Shown: positions 14,071-27,446, counted from the first letter of the stretch. The stretch is 64,000 nt of DNA from Octopus sinensis (GCF_006345805.1 NC_043005.1:23188001-23252000), one strand, 5' to 3'. The notes: generated from the sequence alone by a model not told the origin. Made by a program: numbers and translations.

Positions 14071-15439
14071 ATACATATAGACGTATAGATTTTATGATCT
14101 ATGGATCCTCTTCCATCAGTTTCAGCAGTGAGTATTCCAGTTGTTAGATCACTTACATTACCTACTCATTCAATTAAGCACCTGAGCATTTCACACACTT
14201 GTACCTTTTGATGTAATTCTCAGACAAATAAGTATGATATAGCATATGGTAAGGATACCCTTATAGTAAATTATAGGTGCAACCTATCCATTTGGCTTCC
14301 ACATAGTTTCTAATACCCAATTTCATTCACAAGAGACAAAAAATAAATCAACTCCACTTGTTTAAAAAAAAAAAAAAAAATTCCATGTATGATTAGATGG
14401 ATATCAGAGTATATCCACCTCAAGAATATAATAGCATTAGCAAAATTCAGAGCTTTGGAAAGGACAGGTGTAGTAATCAAGAGGTAAGAAAACAATGTCA
14501 AACAGTGAATTTTCATTTGACAAAATGAAGAAAACTATTACAGTATACATGTAAATACATAACATACTCCTATACAAAAGCACCACAGCTGTATGAAGAA
14601 AATTTAAATATGTTTTTACAAATCACGATCACCATTGATTCACATCCATGTTTCACACAGGCATGCATTGGATAGTTTGACAGGGTCTCGTGGTTCCAAG
14701 TGGTCCCATGTCTGCTTTGGCATGATCTCTATGGCTGAATGCTCTTCCTAATGCCTTTCACTTCACAGCATATACAAGGTGCTTTTTCATGGCACCAACA
14801 TTAGTAAGGTCACCATGCTACTTACAGGACTATGAATCCGAAGGTGGGTGGCTTTATGCTAGGAGATGAGGGGTAAAAGTCTGTGTTAGGCGATGTTCTC
14901 TTTCTTTCTCTATATATATGTGTGTGTGTGTGTGTGTTTAGTGGAGTATTCTGTGTAGTGTTAGGTGGGGATTCTCTCTACTATTTAGTGGAGTTTTGTG
15001 TCTCTAGCATTCGCGGGGTGTATTGTGTAGCTTTCAGGATCTGATGGGTATTCTCTAAAGTGTTTAGTCGGGTATTGTCTGTGTTAGGCTGGTAATGTTC
15101 TCTCTGTAGTGTTTAGTCGGGTATTGTCTGTTTTAGGCTGTTTTGATGTAGAAGAACTACATGACTATTCAAATATTAGAAGAAAGGGTGGAAGGTGATC
15201 AGGTGGAGCTGGAAAGCAATAAAAATGGTGGCAATAGGGCATTAAACATTAAAAAAATATAACCTTGGTAATTAAGAACTTAGTTGATCACAAATATAAT
15301 TAAACTCCAATATTATCACAATGCAGTAAATCCAGGTGGAACAAACTTGCATGTAATAAAAAGCAAAAAAGCATAAATCTAACAGAATTCATAATTTGAA
15401 TGTGCTTTACGGTTGTTTTAGTGGAATAAAATATGTCAT

Positions 15440-16330
15440 TATCAATCATCATCATCATTTAATGTCCTCGCTTCGTGCTGGCATGGAATGGATGGCTTGA
15501 CAGGATCTGACAGGGTCCAAAGACTACATTGTGTCCCCCGCTGTCTACTTTGGCATAGTTTCTATGGTTAGATGCCCTTCCTAACAACAGCCACTTTACA
15601 GCATGAACTGGGTGCTTTTTACATACCACTTGCACTAGTGCAGCTTGCAAACCTATGAACCCCAAGAGAGATGGTTTCATGCTAAGATTAAAGTACAAGA
15701 GTAGGGTCCCGGGGGGGGGGGGTAGAACAGGTTTCTCACTGTAGAGGGGCCACATGGCAACTCACATTTCAGAGAGGGTGGGAGGTGATTGGGGTGGAAT
15801 GAAGAAGAGATAAAAATAGTAGTAATGAAGCATTGGTGAATACAAGAAGGGTACAAGGTGAGTAGAAGAAGTACAAACAAAAGGATTGGGAACGTGGGCA
15901 GGGAAAGGTTGTATGAGTGTATGGGAGAGTGAGAGATGGGGTATGGGTAAGGAGGTGAGTAAAGAGAAAGAAGAACAAGTGTTGATAAGGTAGATGAGTA
16001 GGAGACAACTGTAGAGAAGGGGTAAAGTTGTGAGGTGGATGTAGTGAATGTTGGATAAGGGGTAGGAAGATGACCAATGATTATGGGGTGAAGAGAAACA
16101 GAATAGTAGTGATTATACAGTAAATGGGGGGGGGGGAGATAGAGATTGAGTTGGGTAGGTTGTATGAGTGGGTAGGAGGCAAGTATAGTGTATGGAAAGT
16201 GCAAGAAACAAATGGTGATGAAGGTGAGATGATTTGGTGGAACAGGGGGTGGGAGGTTAATATAAAGTGTGGATGGAGAGGACTATTAAGGATGAGGGGC
16301 TGGATATCAAGTAAAATGGTTCCAGGGTAG
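15440..16330 (-). mobile_element. RTE-type 3' end with (ATG)n tail plus a long pyrimidine-rich 3' region
   Basis: CATCATCATTTAATGTCC...GATGCCCTTCCTAAC tail motif followed by ~650 bp that is G/A-rich on the plus strand. Confidence 0.6.
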
Positions 16331-16364
16331 TGAGAAGGATTATTTGTACATAGTTGTATATATC

Positions 16365-17345
16365 ATTATTTAACGTCCATTTTCCATGGCTGGATGGACT
16401 GACAGGGTCAACAAGCTGCAAGACTGCATCAAACTTCAGCTTCTAGGGCTCGATGCCCTTCCAAATAATACCAACCACTTTACAGCATGTACTGGGCTGC
16501 TTTTTCTTTTTCTTTTTTTTTTTGTATCACTGACATTAATAAGGTCACCAGGTGACTTGCAATAGAGGAAAGTATAATAGAGGGAAAAGAAAAGAGAAAA
16601 AGAAAATACCCTTGAATAAGTTGGAAGGAAGAATATTAGGATGAGGTGTAAGAGAAGTGTTGAGGTTTAAAAAGTATGGCAGAGGATAGCCCAGGTGTCT
16701 TGCAATAGACTACATACATGGATACTCTACATTATATGAGGGTGGGAATAGCTGGAAAGAGATGATGGTGATTAGATGCCAGAGTGTCTCAGGGTGATGT
16801 AAGAGAAGAGGAGATGGTCAGAAACATGGGTAGTGGGGAAAAACTGGAAATGCAGTTTGGTAAATATCAGTATTGGAGAAGGAGTAAGGTAAGAGGGATA
16901 GAAGTGGCTCAGGAAGGAGAGCAGATTGAAAAATAGGGGGAAGATGTACAAAGAGTGGTGGAAAAAGAGGTGCAGAGATACAAAGAGGGACTATAGTAAG
17001 TGGGCTGTGAAGAAAGTGTTGGGAATGATAGCATATATGAGAGGGAGATGGCTGAAGATACAGAAAAGAGGTAATGATCAATAGAAACAATGCAGGAGGA
17101 GAGGATAAAGAAAATGAGGAATGGAAGAGGTCCTAGGGTGGGATGGAGGAAACTGGAAGTAGAGTTGTAACATGTACAGATTCTGCTCTCAAGTGATTAC
17201 AGCAGCTGGCATTACCATAGGTAGAGAGCAGTAATGTGTGTTATATTTGGGAGAACGCTTGACAAGAAAGGCCTTGCACATACAAGCACAACCAAGGTGG
17301 TTTTAGGACATCGTTTTTGCATTGATAGATGGGTCTTCTCAAGCA
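16365..17345 (-). mobile_element. RTE LINE 3' fragment: ORF2 C-terminus (VLEKTH) and pyrimidine-rich 3' UTR
   Basis: Shares CCTAAAACCACCTTGGT and TGAGAGCAGAAT with the 3' UTR of the RTE at 62401-62540. Confidence 0.7.
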
Positions 17346-17611
17346 CAATCAATTGCCAATCATCTCGGTCCATATATATGCATTTCATACGTACACACAC
17401 ATATATATAACAACCAGTGTTGGTTTGTTTGCATACTCTTAATAGAAACTCAGAGGTCTGGCAAAAGAGAGAGAATAAGTGCCAGGAATAAGCACTGGGG
17501 TCAATTTGTTTGACTAGACCCTTCAAGGTGGTGCCTCAGCATGGCTGTAGTCTAATGGCTGAGACAAGTAAAAGATAAAAGACACATATGCATGTGTGTA
17601 CTCACACACAC

Positions 17612-17930
17612 ACCATCATCATTTAATGTCTGTTTCCCATGCTGGCATGTGTCAGATGGTTTGACTGGAACTGGTAAGTCGGAGAACTGCACCCGGTCCC
17701 AATCTGATTTGACATGGTTTCTACAGCTGGACGCCAACCATTCCAAGTGTGTAATGGGTGCTTTTTACGTGCCGCCAGCATGAGTGCCATTTACATAACA
17801 CTAGCAACAGCCACGACTATGATTTCATGGGTGTCCTTTACACGGTACTGGCAAGAGCCATGACTACGGTTTCACTTGGCTTGACGAGTCTTCTCAAGCA
17901 CAGTATATCGCCAAAGGTGTTGGTCAGTGC
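17612..17930 (-). mobile_element. RTE LINE 3' tail fragment
   Basis: (CAT)n, then CTACAGCTGGA, GGTGCTTTTTACGTGCC and GTCTTCTCAAGCACAG motifs shared with 30878-31500. Confidence 0.8.
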
Positions 17931-18224
17931 TTAACATACTCTAATTTGACCATGCAAACATAGAAATGTGGACATTATAATATATATATGTGTGTGTGTT
18001 ATTTCACTTAAGGATTGATTGCAACACTAATAAGCTGGCATTAGAATTCAATATACGTATCCTTCAGAAAAAAGCATCAGTTGAGTACAGATCAGTAATA
18101 AGAGATTAAACATAAGACAAGCTGTTTTTGCTGTAAGATACAATGCACTCATAGTTGAATGCTTGTGCCTCAACCTATACTTTTTTAATGGTAATGCTTT
18201 TCCTATACGTGTGTATGTGTGTGT

Positions 18225-18632
18225 GTATCTGTGTATTCTTTTATTCTTTACATGTTCCAGTTATTTGATGGCAGCCATGATGGAGCACCACCTTGAAGAG
18301 TTTTAGTCAAACAAATCACCCCCCAGGACTTTATTTTTTAAGCCTAGTACTTATTCTATCAGTCTCTTTTACCTAACCACTAAGTTACAGGGACGCAAAT
18401 ACACCAACACTGGTTTTGTCAAGCAGAGATGGGGAGGGGAACACTGACACACAGAGATTATACATATAGATATGTATATATAAAATACGATGGCCTTCTT
18501 TCAGTTTCCGTCTACCAAATCCACCCACAAGACTTTGGTTGACCTGAGGCTATCGTACAAGACACTTACCCAACAATGGGATTGAACCCAGAACCATGTG
18601 GTTGGGAAGCAAGTTTCTTACCACACAGCCAC
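18225..18632 (-). mobile_element. SINE family A copy
   Basis: Reverse complement of 5641-6010. Confidence 0.8.
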
Positions 18633-18634
18633 TA

Positions 18635-18920
18635 TATATCGTTGCCAGCACCACCAGACTGGCTCCCATGCAGGTAGCACGAAAAAAACACTTTTTGAGC
18701 ATGGTTGTTGCCAGAACCGCCTGACTGGCCCTCGTGCCAGTGGCATGTAAAAGCACCCACTACACCCTCAGAGTGGTTGGCGTTAGGAAGGGCATCCAGC
18801 TGTAGAAACTTTGCCAGATCAGACTGGAGCCTGGTGTAGCCTTCTGGTTCGCTAGTCCTCAGTCAAACCGTCCAGCCCATGCCAGCATGGAAAGCGGACG
18901 TTAAACGATGACGATGATGA
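18635..18920 (+). mobile_element. RTE LINE 3' tail fragment
   Basis: AGGAAGGGCATCCAGC...AACGATGACGATGATGA tail. Confidence 0.8.
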
Positions 18921-19099
18921 TATATATATAAATGCTTTCCCAAATAAGATTGCACTTCATTTTTGAAGCTCTGATGAAGCCATAGGGTGATACACAAGTA
19001 TTCAACTATGAATGCATTGCATCTTGGAGCAGCAACAAGTGTAAGCTAGTGAAGTTCATTACATAATTTTCTTCTCTGTTATTTAATTTCTCATATATC

Positions 19100-19395
19100 A
19101 TCATCATCACTTAACATCTGTTGTCCATGCTTGCATGGGTTGGATGCTTTTAACCAGGGCTGATAAGCTGAGGAGCTGCACCAGACTCCAGTCTGATTTG
19201 GCATCGTTTCTACACCTGGATGCCTTTCTTAACACCAACCACTCCGAGAGTGTACTTTCATGTGCCAGTTGCATGATACCAGTATCTGCCATAACTCCGA
19301 TTTCACTTTGTTTGACGGGTCTTCTCAAGCACAGCATATTGCCAAGGGTCTCTCGGTCATTAGTCACAGCTTCTGTGAAGCCCAACGCTCTTGCC
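19100..19395 (-). mobile_element. RTE LINE 3' fragment with ORF2 C-terminus
   Basis: ORF 19107..19397 LGFTEAVTNDRE matches the LGLTEAMMKDRDLW C-terminus seen in ORF 31508..31984. Confidence 0.8.
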
Positions 19396-19525
19396 AATAA
19401 TAGACAAAACCAACTTAGTTATCTAGGTTACATGTATTGCCTGGTGGTTAAGAAGCTCAATTTACAACCGTGTAGTTTCAGGTTCAGTCCCATAGCATAG
19501 CTGTTTGGGGAGGTATATACTTCAA

Positions 19526-19742
19526 CCCTTTAGCATTTAAACCAACCATATCTGGCCAAAATATTCTACTTGCTTTATGTTCAAACTGACCAGATCTAGC
19601 CTCTCACACCTACCCTACAATGTCATTGTAAAAATATACAGTCACATCATAATCTTGAAGGTGCAATTATAATGCAGGATTAATTCAAATAATGTGGATT
19701 AATAAATATTACATTTGATAGAATAATCTGAATGCTAAAGGG
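19526..19742. mobile_element. piggyBac-like MITE
   Basis: TIRs CCCTTTAGCATT / AATGCTAAAGGG flanked by TCAA (left) and TTAA (right). Confidence 0.75.
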
Positions 19743-22449
19743 TTAACCTGGGCCAAACAAAGCTTTGTGAATGAAATTGGTATAGAAATCATAGGGAGCT
19801 TGTTTGTGTAAGAGTACAGGCTTGTTGATATACCATACTTGTCAGTACTTAGTGGTGATGTTGATGACATGTCTGGTCACTGTACATTCAAGGACTTTGG
19901 GGCAGGGGGAGGGGACTTTCACTTAGACAAAACAGATGTATGTCTACACACAAGCATATACAAGGATATACATATCATTTCAACTTCTACTTTCCTATGC
20001 TTGTATGGGTTTGCTGTTTGTTAAAGCAGATTTTCTATGCCCAAATACTCTTTCTGTCACAATCTCCCAACTGCTTCCAAGCCTTGTAATATTTCTCTTA
20101 GTTGTTCAAACATGATCATTACAATGGGTCGACGTGTTTTCAAAGAGGATTGTAAAAAAATGACAACACTTGTATAAGAGTGAAGCTTGTTGAAAACTGT
20201 TGCTCAATGTCAAGGCAAGGGGATGCAAACACCTCTTTCAGTGTCCATCTACCAAATTCGCTGAAGCCACTGGTCAACATGAGGTTGTAACAGAAGACAC
20301 TTATTCAAAGTACGGCATAGTAGGACTGGACTCAAAACCACATGGTGGGAAAGCAAGCTGATTATCTACCCAGCAATAAATATATGCACACTTATATACA
20401 CATATATATGCTATGTAGTAGGGATAGTATGGTTATATGTTTAAGAAGTTTGATCTGCAATCATGAGATCATGGTTATACATAACATCTTGGATCATTTT
20501 CTAGAGCCTCAAAATTGACCCATAACTTCTAAGTGAAATTGGTAGCTAGATTAGCCTTGTCTCTGACTCTATATTTAACAAATTAAGAATTCCATACTTA
20601 ACATATTAATTTTCAATATATTATTATTCATTAAAATAACTGTAAATCGAATGAATTTGCATAGAGATAAGTTGACAAGAAGATGTTTGAGTTTGATATA
20701 GGTGCAGACTAGCCTGTATGGTGAAGTTTGCTATCCGTTATAAGTCACTATGGGCAAGTATCTTCTACTATAGCCACAGGCTAACCAAAGCCTTGTGAGT
20801 GGATCTGATAGATCGAAAGTCAAAGAAAACTGTCGTGTGTATGTCGTGTGTTCGCAGGAGCGAGTGAGTTCATATTTCCCTCGTCTTCATTGGTTGTAAA
20901 CAATGTCCTTGCAAGCAGTGTCGTTTGTTTGCAGTTCTCTGCATAACTATGTTCAAGCAACATGTCTATTGCTCGATAGTCTGGAAGATTATTACCTCAC
21001 TTGAAAACAGGTGGGAATTGGTGTGAGGAAGGGCATCTAGCCGTAGAAAATTCTGCTCTTACCAGGTCCATGCAAGAATGGAAAAGTAGATGTTAAATAA
21101 TGATAATAGACCACATACACAGATACAAATATCTATGCATATGCAGACCAACAGATACAGTCGTTCACGCATAAATCATCATACACAGACATATATTACA
21201 TATATATATATATACACACACACACACAATTATATATCTATATATACACACATTTTTATATCTGTGTCTGTCTATTATCTATCTATCTAAACACAGACAC
21301 TAAAATGTATGCACACACATACTCAGACATGTCCATATACACTAACACAATTCTCTCTCTCTCTCTCTCTCTCATACTATATAATATAAACATACATATG
21401 TATGTATGAATTAGAGTTATTGTTGCTCAATTAATTAGCCACTGCCAATTAATAGTGTCACTGAACAAGAAATTGAAGGTAGCGACGGTGAAGATGAAGG
21501 CATTAAACAGTAAACGATGCTGTGTGAATAATTTCAGCAGCAAATCATCTCTAGCTTGAACAACAATTACTTCTGCTACTACAACTTGAACAAAGCATGA
21601 ACATCATTTATCTCACTTCTACAAATACTAGAGCTGAGTAAGGCATGAATATCACCTCATCTCAACCCTACTTAACTGTAGATACGAGCTCAACAAACGC
21701 CTGTATTACGTACGAGTATGGACATCGTATAATCTAATTTATCAGTCTTAGAAACCTGTGGCCTTGAGCTTACATGTTGCAAAGAAAGAAATCATCATCA
21801 TTATTATTGTTGTTGTTGTTGTTACTATCACAGACAATAGCCATTATTTACTATTAAAATTATTCTTGTTACACTCTTGCCATTGTTGCTGTTGCAGCTA
21901 CTATATACTAAGAAACCAAAGAGGTCTCTATGTTAGTAGTTCGACATGCTAGAAATAGTAGCCAACTTTTTTTATCAACTCACACCATATCTTAAAAAGG
22001 GGAGGATATACTAATGCCTAAAAAATACGAGATCATAGACTTGATCGATGAGATTTACCTGGGGTAATAATGCTTACAATAATATATTATTAGTAGCCAT
22101 ATTATATTATTGTGAAACAAGTTACTACTACATTAGAGTAAGCGTTATTACATCTATTATTAACTATTTTGGGAAGAAAAACAACAAACATGTATTCTAT
22201 TTTTCATATAATTATTACTGCATAAACCCCATAACGTTTTGTAATTTATCCTTGTAATTTCAGAGGTTCACTTCGCCGTTTATCCTTCTAGGGTCGATAA
22301 AATAAAGTACCAGTCAAGTACTGGAGTCGATAGTATAGGCTAATCCCTAATTAGCTCTCTTCTGGCCTTATATCTAAATTAGAAACCAATATCTTCTAGT
22401 GTAAGTCATTCTGATAAAGGAAATCTATTGTTGTTGTATGTTAAAAACG

Positions 22450-22480
<31 letters not shown>

Positions 22481-23759
22481 TATTATTATTATTATCATCA
22501 TTATCAAACTCCCTCCTAGTAATGTCTCAATCGCTGCCCTTGTGGCAAATAAGACCATTTCCATTGTCTGCTTTTAGCTTATTTTTCTTATACAGCTAAC
22601 ATAAATGGAAACAAATTGGAATATCAAAAACAAAATCAACAAGTCAGTAACTGAAGCAAAATGATGTCTTGTCATTTCGTAATCAACTTTGGTTTACAAA
22701 AGCAGAGACCAAACATCCACAGTTTAGTGAAGGCCTTTGTTTGTTAATAGACAAGACAAAGCCGTTTTTTTTTTCCCTTCCATTTCTCTGTTAAAAATAT
22801 TATTTCACGTTTTGCTATTATGTGATATTTTAGAATCGAAGAGAAAATATAGAGGACACAGCTGTTTTTTTAATATTTTTCTTTTATTTGTATGAAACAG
22901 TTTTGACATATAGAGCATTTGTTGGACATTTCTACAGAGGAAGTAGACAGAACTGTTTATTCTTCATACTGCTACTACTCAGCATACTATAAATGCTTAA
23001 ATATCCTATTTTTACATTGTGCCATATCAATATTATGATGGCCCTTCACAATCAACTACAAGCCTTTCTCTCGCACAACATATATGAGAGATATTCTTTC
23101 GTATAGCTTTTAGTTTCGAGTGTAAAATTTTAGAAAGATGATTTTCCATTTCTCTCGAAAACAACAAATAAAAGAACTAAATATGTTGGCTATAAACATT
23201 GACACGTTCCCGCAACATTCTTCAAACAAGAAACCTTGCAGAGAAGTCTACATTATTTAGTTTCTATCTGAGAGAGAGAACGAATGTTATTGTTGATATT
23301 TTAACCTTAGATCACCAACAATCGAGTAAACTTCAGATCAAAAGTATTCTTGACGTGACCATCCTGCTTTAAAAATCTAATATGAATACTAATACGATTT
23401 AAGTGAGATCTGGCTGCTATTTCTAGCAATTCGGACGACCACACTAAGGCGTCGTTCGCTTGAGATGGTATTAACAAGGTGCTTGGTAAATACAAAAACT
23501 TTTTTTTACCAATTCTACTAAGCCAGTGTGCTTTGATCGGGCAGGGGCACTGCCATTAATTCAAACGATATTCCCCGGTACTTGAATGGCACTTTATTTT
23601 ATCGATCCCAGAAGGATGAAAAGCGTAATTTATGTTCAGTGTTCAAATCCTCACCATAAAGCTACGTAAATAAACATCGTCCGCAACAAAGAATTAAAAG
23701 AAAAAAAAAACTGAATAAACAATACTAATACTACCTACAATGAACAGTGTTTAATATAA

Positions 23760-23891
23760 GGTTATTACCAGTTCAAATATGCTTGAAGCATATTCGAATC
23801 CCCACAGTAGACAAATGGTGTAAATTTTGTCCACGACAAAAAACATTACGGGCTCGAATATGCCCCAAGCATATTTGAACTGGTAATAACC
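23760..23891 (-). repeat. 132-bp inverted repeat with ~42-bp arms and nested palindromes
   Basis: GGTTATTACCAGTTCAAATATGCTTG (23760-23785) has a perfect reverse complement at 23866-23891; pairing continues inward with few mismatches. Confidence 0.95.
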
Positions 23892-26193
23892 ATCACTGCT
23901 TAGCGCTGCCACCCCGTAATACTTAATATGTTGTAAACCCATTGAAATTGGTGATGGAACGTAAAAATAAGTCACCTCCCTCGAAACTACTTAGCTATTT
24001 TATATATTTGGAACTAGCACATTAAGACGAGGATGTTAAATATTTTTTTATTTATGATAGGGGACATACCAGAGTTTTAAAAAATGACATGCAAAATATT
24101 CTTTTTTTTATAAGCAGACCCAAATAAATACATTTTTTATAACTAATAACAAATAGAATAAAAAAACCCGAGACCCGAAAAATCTTTACTTTTTAAAGGT
24201 TTATCTGAACGATTAATATATTTCTGTTGTAATTAACAGAGGAAATTATTTATGTATTAATTTATCAATTAATAGAGAAGTATAAAGTGATATACAACCA
24301 AACGTATGTTTGGGCCAAATGACTCAAAATACAAAAAACATGAACATATTCTATTTAATAATCTTTACTTCGAAGGTTAGACGATCGCCTTTAGGTTTTC
24401 GTAGCCAAAACTTCAGAAATAGTAGTTTATTTATGTAGGTAATGGATATATTTATTATGAGAGTTAAACACTGTAGAGCAATGTTTTATCTCGTTCCTGT
24501 TCAGTAATAATCAACATCAAACTGAAAACAATGAAGTAAGCTTTGATACACTGTAGCAAGCACGACCACCTTACTATAGTGTGTGTGTGTACACAAATTA
24601 TACGCACACATATATATATTAGACACACGTTTATACATACATATAACTCGATCACAACCAACCCAGAATATATAATTAGATAAAGGATATTAACTTGAAA
24701 TGGAAATTAAAGAGATAGAGAGAGAGAGATTTAAGATGTGCGTTTTAGACGTGTTGAACACAACACATTCCAACTGAGACATGATAACATCGAGTGTTCG
24801 ATAAAGTTTTTAAAATAAGTCAAGAGATTTCAAACTACCACGGTAGTCCATTAGTCTACTCCATAGATATGAAAAAGAGTTAAAAAAAACTCGGAATATT
24901 TTACGTAAAACAAAACATCTAAAATGCGACAGATATTAGAATTAAAATAGCAGGTATGTTAGTTGTTGTTTAGATATTAGGTTTTAGCCAAGATCGAACA
25001 AACATATAATAAAAGACAGTTCAGCCTTCATCATCCTTTAAATATATATAACCCTAGGTAAATCCAATGGTATACCAAAAACAGTGAGGTTTGGTTCCTA
25101 TTCTAGTAGGTTCGAATCACAGAGGCTCCTTCACTGACTCACAGCATTGATAGCTGTTTTGATCTGGGGCATGTTGAATGAACAAACCAAGTTCTAACCG
25201 TGACTACTATTTTTATATATGTGTATTAGATCCTACATTTTTAAATGTGTCCTTCCCTGTTTTTCTTTTATTTATTTATTATTTTTTTTTTGTTAAATTC
25301 CCCAACAGGATAGAGTGTTGCTGCTATTCGGGGAAGATATGGGTTTGGCTGTGACTTCTAAAAAGCTAAGTGACTGTGAAGAGACCCTCCTTAGTTCGTC
25401 AGCGCAAAGATAGTAGCAGTCTTGGTAGTGACTACAAGTATTATACAGCTTCGAGTCGAACACAATGTTTATGTTTAACAATCAGATATGATCATATACT
25501 ATTAAAGTTTTTAAAAAAAAAGGGGGGGGGTTACACACACACACACACACGCTTTTACACAAATATTTAGTCATTCACTTTACACCCTAACACGTTTATT
25601 ATAAATATATAACTTTATACACAAACATTATGTATTTCTATACATTTATACATATACATTTTTATGAATAAACTCACATACTTCGTTTTTGTCGTGTATA
25701 TATATATATATATATATATAAACAGGCGTAATGAATCTCCCAAGACAAAATATTAAGCTTCAAACACAACACAGACGATAACAAAAAGAAGTACTTGATA
25801 TGTGTATATACACGCTGTGAAATTATTACATATATATATATATATATAGGTGTGTGTGTGTAATATTTTCTGCTGCTGCATCAATATATTACTACATATA
25901 CAAAATTACACACACACACAAATATATATATATACACACATATACGTGTGTCTGTATATATATATGTGTGTGTATACATACATATTATATACTTATATAT
26001 ATATTTATATATATATATACCACACTTTATATATAAAGCTCCAGAACCATATCACAAACAGACCATCATCTCAACAGAAGGAAGTACTTGATGTATGCGT
26101 TGTCAAATGATTACACTGATATATATATATATATTATATTATATTATATCGTATTTTCTGTCGTTGTTGCTTTAACAATATATTGTTACTTAC

Positions 26194-26236
26194 CAACATC
26201 AGGATCAAAAGATCCCGAGTTACCAAATAATGGCAT
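26194..26236 (-). CDS. STAM: First coding exon of signal transducing adaptor molecule (ESCRT-0, start of VHS domain)
   Basis: ATG CCA TTA TTT GGT AAC TCG GGA TCT TTT GAT CCT GAT GTT G|GTAAGT = MPLFGNSGSFDPDV with a consensus phase-1 donor. Matches the STAM N-terminus MPLF...FD.DVEKAT; as I recall, human STAM also has a phase-1 intron after this valine. Only 14 residues are available. Confidence 0.75.
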
Positions 26237-26460
26237 ATTTTGTAGCCTGTGTTTCACAACAACAGTGGGGGGTCGACGGCAGACGTAAGCTCCTCCTTTT
26301 CACATTGACACTAAGCTAAAAACTTCAACACTTTACACAGCTTCGACTTCCTCTACAGCTGCCACTGCGCATGTCAATATGATGTCACTTGCTTTTATTT
26401 CCGATTGTTCATCGGTCCACGTGAGACTGACTCGACAACTTCCTTTTAGCTTTCTCACTA
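26237..26460 (-). promoter_or_regulatory. Putative 5' UTR and core promoter of STAM
   Basis: CpG-retaining segment with TGCGCATG (26366-26373, NRF1-like), CACGTG (26418-26423, E-box) and TTTCCG/CTTCC ETS-like motifs directly upstream of the ATG. Confidence 0.55.
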
Positions 26461-26471
26461 TATCTTTGTGT

Positions 26472-26506
<35 letters not shown>

Positions 26507-26994
26507 CATATATATAATGTTTATATGTGTATGTTTATTTATATATGTCTGTGTGTGTGTATGTCAAAATAAACTTGTACATTATATGTGAAACTCTGAT
26601 GAAGCTATAAAGTAATGCACAAACACTCAGATCTAGGTGCACTGTATCTAATAGTAGAAACAGCTGTAAGCTAATGAAGTTGATTACGTAATTCTTGTTC
26701 CTTTGTTATTTACTTAACTTCATATTATGTTCTATGCTTGCATAACTCTTTATTCTGCAGCATATATACAGTGTGTTTTGTGTTATTAGTAGCGTTATGA
26801 CTAAGCAAAATTTTCATATTTATATAAAATTTCTTTAGGGGATACCAGTCAAGCCACCTATACTTATATCCAGATATGCCTCAGTCAGTAACTCCTCACT
26901 TGAATGGGCCATAATAACACAGAACTTCACTTACAAAAAAATTAACAGATTTTGTTATATTGGCCAAAAACACACCTAAGTTTTCTGTGTCTGC

Positions 26995-27047
<53 letters not shown>

Positions 27048-27048
<1 letters not shown>

Positions 27049-27446
27049 CTAGCAGTATCGCCCGGCGTTGCTCGGGTTTGTAAGGGAAATAACTATATAA
27101 GCATTTTTGGAGAGTTATAGCCATAAAATAGCAAAAACATGCATTAAAAATGGAAAAAATATGATGGTAATTTTTTTTAAAAATCGTTGACTCATCGTAG
27201 ACATTTTTAGAGAGTTACTTCCCTTATATAATAGCGAAAAAATGCATTAAAATGGAAAAAAATGATGGTAAATTTTTTTTTAAATCGTTGACTCATCGTA
27301 GACGCGCGCTAATACCCAGAAGGGCTCGATATGAATCACGACTATAAGATACCCGGTTTTGGTTAAACTGCACCGCAAAATGTGGGAGTAGTTAGGAATC
27401 TGAATCGTAGGAGACAGACACACAACTTGACTTTTATATATAAAGA
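27048..27446 (+). mobile_element. Helentron/Helitron-associated non-autonomous element inserted in (TA)n
   Basis: 5' ACTAGC..CCCGGCGTTGCTCGGG hairpin end and 3' TTTTATATATAAAGA end; internal ~62-bp direct repeat at ~27140 and ~27241. Confidence 0.7.

Noticed and set aside
15677-16204. 175-aa Pro/Leu/Ser/Tyr-rich ORF
   Set aside because: Product of a stop-poor polypyrimidine strand within a LINE 3' region.
21439-21513. Plus-strand acidic C-terminus PLPINSVTEQEIEGSDGEDEGIKQ*
   Set aside because: Short, weak acceptor, no upstream plus-strand exons found and no recognisable homology.
23898-23916. CTCF-like motif (GGGGTGGCAGCGCTAAG on the minus strand)
   Set aside because: Only a partial match to the consensus; cannot be supported without binding data.
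24497-25420. Plus-strand exon pair near 24500 (31 nt, GTAAGC donor) and 25318 (CCCCAACAG acceptor)
   Set aside because: Every joined frame stops within about 45 codons, and the pair is antisense to the STAM intron.
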